NCBI GenBank assembly: GCA_964036045.1
Contig: OZ038379.1
Coordinates: 3,348,001 to 3,412,000 of the forward strand
Length of the DNA: 64,000 nucleotides
Reading direction: 5' to 3'
Source of the DNA: Eutreptiella sp. 'Long Island Sound 2002'
Taxonomy: Eukaryota; Protista; Euglenida
The notes beneath the pieces are model-generated. The model made no database searches. It was not told the origin of the DNA and saw only the letters and a program-made list of their open reading frames with translations. The position numbers were made by a program, and so were the translations under genes. Shown here in pieces: positions 22,065-33,193 of this stretch (the first letter of the stretch is position 1; every line of letters starts with the position of its first letter).

Positions 22065-25000
22065 ACAGCAAAATAGAAATGCTGTTGGCGGCTTGTCTTT
22101 CCGCTTGCGATGCAACTTGCAAGCGTGACCGCGCCGCGCCGGGTGCCGTCGGAAAATCGCGCAAAAAGATGCTGGTCTTTTTCAGCCTCACTCCGATACC
22201 CGGGCGTACCACTCAGCCGTGTGTTCCCCTCACTGGCGGCCGCGACAGGTTTTGGCTGCTCCGTTGCCGGCCTGGCCCCGTACCCTGTTCCTTCGGCCCC
22301 AAGACCCCGGCAGCTACCCGCCGGGACCAGTGGACACAGTCGCCTTGAGTGGGGCACAGCCTCAGCGTGGCGGGCACGGGCGTGAGAAGCGAGCCATCGA
22401 ATTCCAGCACCTTGTAGTCCCTCGCATGAGTTACAGGTAATCGCGACTTACCCGGACATTACGATAGGGTGGATTTCTGCTCTTGGGGCTCAGCGAACTT
22501 GTTTGAAGTAATATTGTGGTTCTTGGCACCGCTCCTGCTCCAATAATCGCATGCGCGTAAATGTTCCACCGCAATTTGCACAAAAAATGGTGCAGCCTTG
22601 TCGAAAAAATGTTGGCATTCGCTGATTTACAACTTGAAATTCTGTGCATATTTTCCAGAATGATATTCTGGTTCTGCCCAAATCACCGGGAAAAAATGCA
22701 AACAGCTGCCGCAAGACATTTGTAGGGTGCAAGGGCGGAGGTTCGACGCGCAATATTGCCAACCATCTCCGACAACGCATATCCATTGTTCAATTTGGAG
22801 CCTTCATTCCGATTTTGGTTGTGGTATGAAAAATGTGCACCCGTTCAATCCTTGCCTTTCGTTGGTACCTTGACAACTCGCACTTATTGTGTCATGGTGG
22901 TTTTACACTCTCTTCATGTGCACATCATATCACAACAAATGAGTATGACCTCTTCGGCTTTATGTCCGTGTACTGTACAAGGTGCGGAAAGGGTCGCCGA
23001 AAAATGGACAAACCAGCAAACGACCATAGTGCGTGTAGGGGCAAGTGGGAGGCTATCATGGGGAGGTGCGGTGCCTTAGGTAGTGCCCCATGTCAAGGGA
23101 TGACACAAATTGCATACCTTTGCAGTTTGGGTGGTTCCTACGACAACGCCGCTTGCAAACGAGAGGCAGGGCAAGACTCACGACAACATCCCATGTTGGA
23201 TAGCCGTGGCCCTCGAGTTCTACATTTCCATATTGGTAAGAATGAAAGATGGTAGGCTGTAGGCGGATGACGAAGAAAAGCAAAAAAACGACAAAACAAT
23301 GTTCGGCCGTAACTTACGATGTGTAAATTTTGGGCGTGCAAGTTACGTAACTTACACCCTAACTTACGACGTAGTTACGTTTGTAAGTTACGTTGCAATC
23401 CAAGGGGAGACCCGAGGGGTTCGTGGCAGTGATCCGTCAGTTATGGATCAATGAAGCAAGCTTTGTCTTCTTTTGATGGGCATGAGAACACAACATGCTC
23501 GCTGACATATTGAGACATCTCCGAGGTCACCATACATCGTACGTTGACATGGGAGTAACATGGCAAACACATTCGTGAGCATACGATGAGATGGCGCTCA
23601 TGGGAGAGTGTTTGGGACCATGTCACTGTTGTTGACTTCGACGCCAAGGGGAAGGCCAAGACTGTGAAATGCAACCACTACGACTACGGAAAGGCGGCAA
23701 ACCACACTCGCACCTTGCAAATTCTGTCTCCTCACTTGCAACTTTGGGAAGGTGGTAGGTTTTGGCTCTCCCATGGGGAAACACAAAAGGTGCCAACAAC
23801 TCCTTAGGATTGGTGCGCGCTGCCAACCCCCCCCGCCCGCCCTCTTTGCAAAAGCGGGAAAAAAGTCATTTTTGGCAAAATCACATGGTTTTGGGGAACA
23901 TGCGTAGTGCACCTAGCAAGTGGTGGGGGGGTTGCCCAAAAGCGATCCGAATCGGTTTGAATATGTTAGGTAGTCGGGGGGACTAGCATTGCAACGCCGT
24001 AACTTATGCCGTAACTTACCAAAACTACGTAATTTTTGGCGACGACTTTCAACCTCGTTGCAAATTGCCCCCCCTAAGGAAACCGAGAAGTCGCTCCATT
24101 TGCACATACGGTGAGTGGCGCATGGACCGCGTGCGCACAAAAAATGGTGGTGGCAGGGGAGTCCTCCATCGCATGGCATGACAAGAGAACATCGCATGGC
24201 ATGACGAGGGAACGGCATCGCACAAGAAGAGGGGAATGGGGAAGCGGAGCTCAAAACGCTCATGCATGACTCACACGAATTTCAAGTTAAACTGATTTAA
24301 ACACGGCTTCACCATCCACGACAAAATTCTTTTCCACACTATCATGCGATGTACCCATGGCATCACGTCTTCTCATGCCCTTGCACCACCCGACATAGTG
24401 TTGGAGACATTAAGAACAAGCATCCACCAACGACGCCACACACCAAAGGATTTGATAAAGAAGCACTTTCCCGGCCAACCATGTGTTTGGCCAACTTCAC
24501 AAAACAACAGTTTTGCTCCTTTGCTGCTTGGGCTGGCACATTTCTACGCTGCTTGCACAAGGGAGCGGGGATGCCTCTACTCCGCATGTTTGGCCAACTC
24601 TCCCGTTGTTGTGTCCTCAGGTAAATTACCCACCATCTCTGAGGCTTCCGTAGATGAGCCCCAATAGCAGGTTTGGGTAGATGAGCCCCAATATGCACAA
24701 GCGTGAGTTGCCGGGGATTGGGTTGCCGGAGATGGTTGGCAATATTGCGCGTCGAACCTCCGCCCTTGCACCCTACAAATGTCTTGCGGCAGCTGTTTGC
24801 ATTTTTTCCCGGTGATTTGGGCAGAACCAGAATATCATTCTGGAAAATATGCACAGAATTTCAAGTTGTAAATCAGCGAATGCCAACATTTTTTCGACAA
24901 GGCTGCACCATTTTTTGTGCAAATTGCGGTGGAACATTTACGCGCATGCGATTATTGGAGCAGGAGCGGTGCCAAGAACCACAATATTACTTCAAACAAG

Positions 25001-25433
25001 TTCGCTGAGCCCCAAGAGCAGAAATCCACCCTATCGTAATGTCCGGGTAAGTCGCGATTACCTGTAACTCATGCGAGGGACTACAAGGTGCTGGAATTCG
25101 ATGGCTCGCTTCTCACGCCCGTGCCCGCCACGCTGAGGCTGTGCCCCACTCAAGGCGACTGTGTCCACTGGTCCCGGCGGGTAGCTGCCGGGGTCTTGGG
25201 GCCGAAGGAACAGGGTACGGGGCCAGGCCGGCAACGGAGCAGCCAAAACCTGTCGCGGCCGCCAGTGAGGGGAACACACGGCTGAGTGGTACGCCCGGGT
25301 ATCGGAGTGAGGCTGAAAAAGACCAGCATCTTTTTGCGCGATTTTCCGACGGCACCCGGCGCGGCGCGGTCACGCTTGCAAGTTGCATCGCAAGCGGAAA
25401 GACAAGCCGCCAACAGCATTTCTATTTTGCTGT
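22065..25433. mobile_element. Foldback structure: ~712-bp inverted repeats (22065-22776 / 24722-25433) enclosing hAT-like BED-finger relics
   Basis: Identical ORFs on opposite strands (e.g. 22213-22410(-) = 25088-25285(+); 22431-22649(-) = 24849-25067(+)). The inner end of each arm encodes KTFVGCKGGGSTRNIANHLR, resembling a BED-finger C-terminus. Confidence 0.8.
23586..23730 (+). mobile_element. Degenerate BED zinc finger (hAT-type transposase N-terminus relic)
   Basis: SVWDHVTVVDFDAKGKAKTVKCNHYDYGKAANHTR, flanked by GTAACTTAC-rich subterminal-like repeats at ~23305-23395 and ~23995-24035. Confidence 0.55.
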
Positions 25434-25640
25434 TGTTTATGGAGCTGTGTGAATGCGCAATGCAAGTACAAGTGGGAGGTTTTATGTGTGCAATTTGTCT
25501 TTTCGAAATTTTCGCAGAAATCCCGGCTGGTGCCAAAAGCGCAGCAATGCAGAGTTGGCGCATGCTGGTGCGGGAGTGACCAAAAACGACGGCAAAGGAA
25601 TATATGTGTATTAATATGTGCACACACAAAAGATGCACAT

Positions 25641-25761
25641 AGGTTATGCAAGGAAACAATGACCCATGTTGTCCACTTTGTGGCCCTTAAAATACCCGTC
25701 AGGTTATGCAAGGAAACAATGACCCATGTTGTCCACTTTGTGGACCTTAAAATACCCGTCA
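25641..25761. repeat. 60-bp tandem duplication
   Basis: AGGTTATGCAAGGAAACAATGACCC...AATACCCGTC occurs twice with one mismatch. Confidence 0.95.
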
Positions 25762-26374
25762 CCTTTCTTTGTCGCTTAGCCCGGTATGCATGGCCGTTTC
25801 GAGTATACGAAGGCATACGAAGGCATCTTGCACAACGCTTAGCCGCATGAGCACACATTGCATGACGTGCATACGGAATAAGGCTGCAATGGCAAAAAAA
25901 ACCCAATGTACACAATGCTACTCTTCATAGCTCCGGTGTCATGTGTCCTTGATAAGCCTTGTTGCATTGCATTCAACCTATATTGCCCGCGTTTTGCATT
26001 GTGGATATTCAATTCAGTGTCCAACTCATACACAAAAAATGAACCAATAAAATCGAGCCGTAACACGTGTAGTAGACCGTCACGCTTTGTTTGGCCCTTG
26101 GGTAAATATCACATGAGTGTTCGCACATTTCCAAATTGATCCCCGAGTGGTATATTTTTCTCGGTGGCGGCGGAACTTGCATTTTCCGCATCTGGTTGTC
26201 CGGAAGTCCACAAGGTTTGTTGCGGTCCAAGAATGGTTTTGTTGTTTCGGGACCTTTCATATGTTGGCTCCTTGGCATTTGGTCAATCGCCACTCACCGG
26301 ATGCGTACATCCCGTCCAATAAATCATGGTTGAACCAAATGACGCGCTACCCGGTGACTTCCAAAGCCTTCGGT

Positions 26375-26387
26375 GTTGTTCTGTAGG
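26375..26387 (+). promoter_or_regulatory. Candidate spliced-leader (trans-splice) or upstream cis-splice acceptor of the pseudokinase
   Basis: gttgttctgtAG at 26385-26386, 46 nt upstream of the first in-frame ATG. Confidence 0.3.
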
Positions 26388-26432
26388 CTTTTCACGCTGT
26401 CTCCCTCACTCTACTACGGTGGTGCCCCCTCC

Positions 26433-29366
26433 ATGCCAAATGAATGTATGTATTTTGTGCTCGCAAACCGCTCGGGACGAAAGACAAGTCGCCGTGTAAT
26501 GTGTATTGGAATGACCCTAATTGTTCGTAGCACGTTACTCGCCGATGTGGGGCAAGGTGTGGTGGTCGAGTAAGCTTTGATTCTTTTGCAGGTGAAACAA
26601 GCCAGCGTAGTTTGCAACGGGATGATGTCAAAGTACGTCTTGGCCATTACGTTCTAAAACATACATTGCGGACTTCATTTTTTGGCAAAGTGAAGTTGGC
26701 CCAACACGAGATCACGGACCATCTCCTTGATTTGTTCATTGTCGATAAAAGGCGAACGAGCAAGTATGCGCGGTTTATGGTCACAGAAGCTTCGTCTACT
26801 TCCTCTTCTCCGCTTACTTGAATCACCCTTCAACCTGTGCAGGCATAATGTGTCCGATAAGATCAAGCGCGAGATTGGTCTTCTCAAGTTGTTACGACAT
26901 CCACATATCTCGCGCATCTTTGAAGTAATTGACACTCCTTCTGATGCCGTTGTTGTCTCGGAGCATTGTACGGGCGTGGAGGTTTTTGAGTACGTCCATG
27001 AGCACGGTTATATACTTGAAGGTGTGCGGTCTTAGCTCAATTAGATTTAACTTTGAGCAGAAGGACGATTGCGGCGTGATGCTTGCTTCATGGTGTAATT
27101 GTGGCGGTCGCTCGTGATGGCATATTTTCATTCGCAGACGAGGCGCGCTCTTTGTTTCAACAACTATTCCTTGCTTTACTGTACCTACATTACCTACAAA
27201 TCCCATTTGGCGGCTTGGCTCAAACCAACATTTTTGTGGAGGAAGGTCATCATGACAAGGTGTGTGTGTGCAAGTGATGTCAATTTCTCCTTGACGTATG
27301 CGACGCGATGTTTGATCGTGTGTTATGTATGTTATAGCGTGTCTATTAATGTTATGTATGCCTCTCGTCGTCAGGGCTGCTACTTGCTCCGTTCCTCTGT
27401 AGCCTCAAATGAAGCTCATCGTGGCACCATTTTGCACGTTGGAGCCAAGCAGTGGTAGTGCATTCATGCAAACAACCACTGCCGGTGCCAATCCATATGC
27501 CGCTCCGGAGTGTCTAAAGTCCACCTCTCGAGTCCACCCAAGCTCGGCCGACGTGTGGACGTGTGGGACAATTCTGTACATGCTTGTTAGCGGATACCCA
27601 CCTTATCAACAGGTATGCATCTCATATCTCACAGCCACGCTAACCATCTCGCGTTACCGTTTTCTTTCCGCATTGCATTTGAAAGTAGCCCATCGCATTT
27701 AAGCCACAAAACATTCGGACACTCTTAAGGCACCGGTTTGCCCGTTTCAACTATTTGCTATTTGCTTGTGGCTTACTCTTAACTGCAGGAAAATGTCATG
27801 TTGTTGGTCGAACAAATGGAAAACGAGTCTTACAGCATACCCACCCATGTGTCGGCGGAGTGCCGTGAGCTCATCATGTCGATGTTGCAACCCGATCCCA
27901 TCCGGAGGCCAACATTGCTCCAGATTTTGGACAATCCGTGGGTGAAGGTATGCAAAAGAATGCCGTGTTCATCTTCTTTGGAAAGATGTTGAGTCAAGTG
28001 GAACCTTGCGCGGGGGCTAAGGTTTTGATTGGGATTTCTTGGGGGTTGCGGGGGCTGCGCGGCTTTGAAGTCAAGGTAGCACTCCCCTGGAGAACGGTTA
28101 CCCATCGACGTGAAGCACCGCAAGTCGACATACGATGCTCAAAACAAAACGGCATTTCGACGGTAAAAGGGATAATCCATTTGTGCATATCTTCGCACAT
28201 GAGTGCACGTTTTTCTGACGGCGAGCTAATAAAATCAATAATTCCGCTCATATTATGCAACGCTCCAATAAGTTGAAGCAAACGAAACGATGTTGAAAGA
28301 CGAAAGCCCAATGTAGCACGAGGTGGCGTCGTAGTTCAAAGCATCCATTTCAGGGCAAGTCGGGCGCGGTTGCATCGTTGCAAGCGCTCTTGTTCACGGA
28401 GTGTGTGGACAACTGAGTTGTCCCATAACACGACGCGGTCCCGGATTGCTAATGTTCATGGGTCCAGGAGCCAGCTGCAACAAGGCGTGCACTTGGGGCG
28501 TGGTGGTTAGGACGATCAGCGGGCCCGAATGGGCGCACAGCAGATGAGCTGTGGACGGGATGCCGAGTTCATGGGCGGACCACGAACGGGACCTGGGGGG
28601 CCTTGGGGTGAAGGGGGGGGGGATGCGCACAGGGAGCAGGCCACCATACTCCAGGCCTGAAGGTGGCACGCCATGAATGCCACGGACAGAGGCAGAACGA
28701 CCCGTGTGGTTAAGACCGACACATGAGGTTTGATGGTTTGGCAGACGATACCTACCATAAGTCGCATTCATTCGGGTTGTGTCGTGAACTCATACTTCCA
28801 TTTTCAAATCCTAAGCAATCAACACGAAATCGTTGCAAACCCCATGAATGGTGGTGAACTGGTGTGAGACGGCGTGTGCTATGTGATCCAAAGCGGAGGG
28901 AGGGGGCAAGCGGGTTATGGGCGCCAATTCACACGACAAAGTGCACGATGGGCACGTTTGGTGTGTGGTGGGCGCAAGCTCCGCTCCCCAAACCCGCTAG
29001 CGGTTCCACCGCTGGCACGCTTTCGCTTTATATAAAACGGTGCTCATCCACGCACGCTTTGTTAATATGTGCAGTATAATGTGCGGCCGACAATTTGTTT
29101 TTTGTTGAAATCAATTCAGAAAAAAAATTGTATCGCTCGCGTTTCAATGTCGCGGCGTTGGTACCCGATCGGAGATGGATGATAGCTTTGTTAAAGGGAT
29201 CCTTGGTATGTCGTGAGGATTGCTTCTTGTCACGATGCAGGCTAATTTGCCAGAGGAACTCGTGCATTTGATGCCCGAAGTTAGTTGTGACGATCCTTGC
29301 ATTGACCATCAATTATTGCGATACGTTGCACACAAGTGCGACATACCGTTTGAAGTGGCATTAAAG
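26433..29366 (+). CDS. SNF1/AMPK-alpha (SnRK1)-like pseudokinase with a UBA/autoinhibitory-like segment; 3' end not resolved
   Basis: Exons 26433-26445, 26592-26763, 26843-27021, 27138-27259, 27403-27612, 27789-27947 and 29241-29366. All introns are GT-AG, phases are compatible, and they give 327 codons with no stop. SNF1-type segments: LGHYVLKHTL..FGKVKLA, KIKREIGLLKLLRHPHISRIFEVIDTPSD, DEARSLFQQL, YAAPE, DVWTCGTILYMLVSGYPPY, ECRELIMSMLQPDPIRRPTLLQILDNPWVK, ANLPEEL...IDHQLLRYV. Exon 1 is the least certain. Confidence 0.85.
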
Positions 29367-30175
29367 GTATTGTTGCAATTGTGGTTTGGTTGGAATGGAT
29401 TGAAAGTGGTCGATGTTGTATGGGAGGACCTCGCATTTTGTTTCTTGGCGTCACCCTACATTGCTCAAAACCCCATTCCGTGAGCTTCAGCTTTATCTTA
29501 GCTCATCCTAGAAAGCCCACTACGCCCAGCAACCAACACCGTTGCGGGAACATCCCGTCCCGGTGCAGCCCACTGCACGGGAGTAGTCAACTGGTCGCGC
29601 TATGTCAGTCAGCAGCAACGGGCGGTTTGTCAACGACGCCCTGGGGCTGATCCAGACAAGCAACACAAAGGCCAACACTAGCAACAACTAGCAGGAAGGC
29701 GATGAGAGCGGGCGGTGTGGGCATTGTGCGAGACGGATGAGAAACGTGGCCCTCAGTGTCCCTCTGACGATCGGCAAGGGTCGCAGCATTCCGACCTTAC
29801 CCGCCCACTTGGGGGAGGGTGCTCCGTAGGGGCGTCCTCTGGTGGTTTGTCAGGAGCCGTAGGGTTGCTGCCACCCCAAGTGGGCACTCCCTCCACATCG
29901 GATTGTGATCAGCAAAAGGCGGATTCTTCACTGCGTGTTTGCAGATGTCTGCATTGCGAGACGCTGGTTCTTTACCGCGATTCGATACCGCAACCCCACA
30001 CCCAAACGACTCTACTCCCACTCTACACAACAACTCTATACCGTGACTCTAGACCACGACTCTGCACAACAACTCTACTGTGTGCGCGCATATGTAGGGC
30101 TCCGCCCTGCTCTGCACCAGAGGGAGCGCGTGGCGCAACTGAGTGGGTCGTGGGAAATGTGAGTGTTTCCGGGGA

Positions 30176-30320
30176 CGAACGCGGAAACGACACCAGCAAG
30201 AGCACCGGCCGCAGCGGCCGACAGAAAGTAGCGACCCGACGCAACATGCGAAGGGAAGAACGGGTGACTGTCCAGGGCCCCGTAAAGGAGCAACAACCAG
30301 ACGGAATGTCACACAGGGGG
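30176..30320 (+). repeat. Dispersed repeat (SINE-like 3' segment), also at 32966-33110
   Basis: CGAACGCGGAAACGACACCAGCAAGAGCACCGG...CGGAATGTCACACAGGGGG is shared by both copies. Confidence 0.85.
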
Positions 30321-30354
30321 TGGCATCTACACTCTGCTGCACATCTTTTTCCAG

Positions 30355-30477
30355 ACCGAAAGGCACCTCTGGTACCACTTATGAGGATTTTGTTTTGCTG
30401 AGCTTCCGCACTTGCCGGGAGAGCCGCCTCAAAAACGCGCGCGCGGCGCGCGTACTGCAAGACCTCCACCTCCGCAG
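30355..30477 (+). CDS. Candidate symmetric phase-2 exon (possible continuation of the pseudokinase)
   Basis: catctttttccAG|A CCG AAA...CGC AG|GTTCTG; PKGTSGTTYEDFVLLSFRTCRESRLKNARAARVLQDLHLR. The linking exon was not found. Confidence 0.3.
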
Positions 30478-31555
30478 GTTCTGACAATGTCGCTGCGCAC
30501 GGGAATCAAGACCGAGATCAGTGTGGTGTATCATGTTCTGCTCGACAGCAGCTTGCGAGCGAGGAGCCAGAGGATGAATACGCGGTGGTGCAAAGCCGAC
30601 CCGCGTGACGTCTCCGATACACACTGTGAATCAGCGATGTCGACAAGGCCCATTTCGCCGTTTGCAAGAGCATGCAGCGCGAGCTTGAAGGCTCGGGAGC
30701 CTTGCGAGTTGAATGGAAAGATCATTCCAGTGACCCTCACTCTTCCTGACCCGAATGAGGTCTCGTGTAGCGGAGCTGCAGCCTCAGACCCAACGGTACA
30801 GTTACTGAGCTCTCCTTCGATGGTGGCAGCCGGGACATTGGGTTGTGCGGTGACAGGGACCGTAATGCCTGAGAGATCTGCAGGTGTGCGCCGTTGTGAA
30901 AGATGCGATGGCCGCGCGGCCACTGCTTCCATTTGGGGTGGGCGTGCCATCGTTTCACGGATCATACCCTGACCCTTGCAGCCCCTAGGGCTTCTCCTGC
31001 ACGGCGCGCGCGATCCATGCCTGATCCACGGTCTTTCCCCCGTCCGCGAGCGCCACACCGGCACCTGATGACACACAGCCAGGGCAGCATGTGAGCCGCA
31101 GCAGGGCCCCTGATGCTGCGTCACCGTAGCACGTACCCGGGGGCAACGCAGGACCGCGTGCTGCTGCTGCATCCCCAGAGCATGCAGCTCAGGCGCCATC
31201 ACCACATCGTGCGGGCATTTGCACCGGCTACAGACGGGTCGCGGCGGCTCGGGACTCATCGGCGTCCGAGGCCTCGCAAGCGCGGAGGGCCCCACAGGAA
31301 TGCACACGGAGGTTCATTCGTGAGAGATGACAAGCGTTGCCTGAGTCTCAGAGGGCACAACGGCTCGCACCGGCGCACCGGGCGGGGGCTCGGGTGGAGA
31401 CCGTACCCCGACAGCCCCCCCCCCTTGCAGCCGCCGGCCGAAAGTGTTAGTGTGGGCATACCCAAACTTGGCGCTGCAATATTGTCAATATCAGTACTTC
31501 TGCTCCCAAATTTCCGCTGCCCCCCTTTGTGTGGACTCAAAAATGGTGATAGTAT

Positions 31556-32231
31556 GCACGAAGTCGCCCCCCCCTACCTCCCCCCCCTACCTACCCCCCC
31601 CCCTACCTCCCCCCCCTACCTCCCCCCCCTACCTTCCCCCCCCTACCTCCCCCCCCTACCTTCGGCTCGCTTCGCTCGACAGACGGCTCGCTTCGCTCGA
31701 CGCGGGGGCCAGCCCCCGCACCCCCCTTAAATAACATGACTCCTGCGGTGGCCACAGACCGCCTTGTGTGTGCACCGCCTTTTGTGTGTACCGCCTTGCC
31801 TGTGGCCCCTTAAATAACAAGACTCCTGCGGTGGCCACAGGCCGCCTTTTGTGTGTTCCGCCTTGTGTGTGCACCGCCTTCTGTGTGTACCGCCTTGCCT
31901 GTGGCCCCTTAAATAACAAGACTCCTGCGGTGGCTACAGACCGCCTTTTGTGTGTTCCGCCTTTTGTGTGTTCCGCCTTGTGTGTGCACCGCCTTCTGTG
32001 TGCACCGCCTTGCCTGTGGCCCCTTAAATAACAAGACTCCTGCGGTGGCCACAGGCCGCCTTTTGTGTGTTCCGCCTTGTGTGTGCACCGCCTTCCCCCC
32101 CCATACCCCCCCCTACCTTCTCGACCCCCCCCCCTGACTCCCCCCCCTACCTCCCCCCCCAACCCCCCCCCCTACCCCCCCCCCCAACCCCCCCCCCCCT
32201 ACCTCCAAGGTAGGGGGGGGCGACTTCGTGC
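31556..32231. mobile_element. MITE-like element with 23-bp terminal inverted repeats enclosing C-rich repeats and a minisatellite
   Basis: GCACGAAGTCGCCCCCCCCTACC (31556-31578) and GGTAGGGGGGGGCGACTTCGTGC (32209-32231). A TA target duplication is possible if a 1-nt indel is allowed. Confidence 0.65.
31728..32095. repeat. Hierarchical minisatellite (~80-120-bp units built from CCGCCTT-GTGTG subunits)
   Basis: TAAATAAC(A)...GACTCCTGCGGTGGC recurs four times. Confidence 0.9.
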
Positions 32232-32365
32232 GATATATGAAAATGGTTAGAATTTGGGGGGGGGGACGCAAATATGGCATGAGGGTGAGACGGTATCTGC
32301 CCCTGGATAGTCACGCACACACCGGACCAGGCGCTGTCTATTAGGAATTCATACATAAGTGGGGG

Positions 32366-33193
32366 GGGGGGTGTCTGCGTGTGTCCCCCAAAAGCGCCGC
32401 TGATTCAATTTTGATTTTCCCTCAGCCAATTTTGGGTGAAGATTTTTTGGGGGGCAGACAAGGAGGAGGGGCACAGCAAGGCAGGAGAGGCAACCAGAAC
32501 AGCGGGAACAGGGAACCAGAATGGAGCAGATGGTGGAGCGTGCGCATGGGAGGCAGCGACAATAAAGGGGATGTCTTGGCCAGCCAGCCCCGTCGCTACC
32601 AGGTGCCAGGGCAACCCCTGCTCAACCGGCATCAGGTGGGGGGTGTCTCCCGCAGCCCAGATGGGCTGTTTGCGCAACAGGAGCGGGAGCCCATCAGGGG
32701 CAGACCAACCGTGAGGGGGAAAAGGACATATGGTAGACGGCCGGGACAGCGCGTGGAGGAACAGGGCACCTGGGCCTCACAGAAACACAGCGAGGCAGGC
32801 TATGGACGGCCTGTGGACAGAGGTGTGTGGACAGCAAAAACAGTCAAACAACCCCGGCAACAACCAGCACATCCTCAATACGCCAATTATTGGGCGCCGC
32901 TGACGCGCAAACGGCACACCATGCCACATTCAGCACAGTCCCAACACACCAACTACTGGGCTCCGCGAACGCGGAAACGACACCAGCAAGAGCACCGGCC
33001 GCAGCGGCCGACAGAAAGCAGCCACCCGACGCAACATGCGAAGGGAAGAACGGGTACCGTCCAGGGCCCCGTAAAGGAGCAACAACCAGACGGAATGTCA
33101 CACAGGGGGGTGTCTGCGTGTGTCCCCCAAAAGCGCCGCTGATTCAATTTTGATTTTCCCTCAGCCAATTTTGGGTGAAGATTTTTTGGGGGG
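32366..33193. mobile_element. ~650-bp insert flanked by 89-bp perfect direct repeats (32366-32454 / 33105-33193)
   Basis: GGGGGGTGTCTGCGTGTGTCCCCCAAAAGCGCCGCTG...GATTTTTTGGGGGG on both sides. The insert ends in the dispersed repeat also seen at 30176-30320. Confidence 0.75.

Noticed and set aside
22057-25441. hAT-type 8-bp target-site duplication around the inverted repeat
   Set aside because: The flanks (GGGTGGGA vs TTGTTTAT) do not match, and the flanks of the inner TAGTCCC ends are inverted rather than direct.
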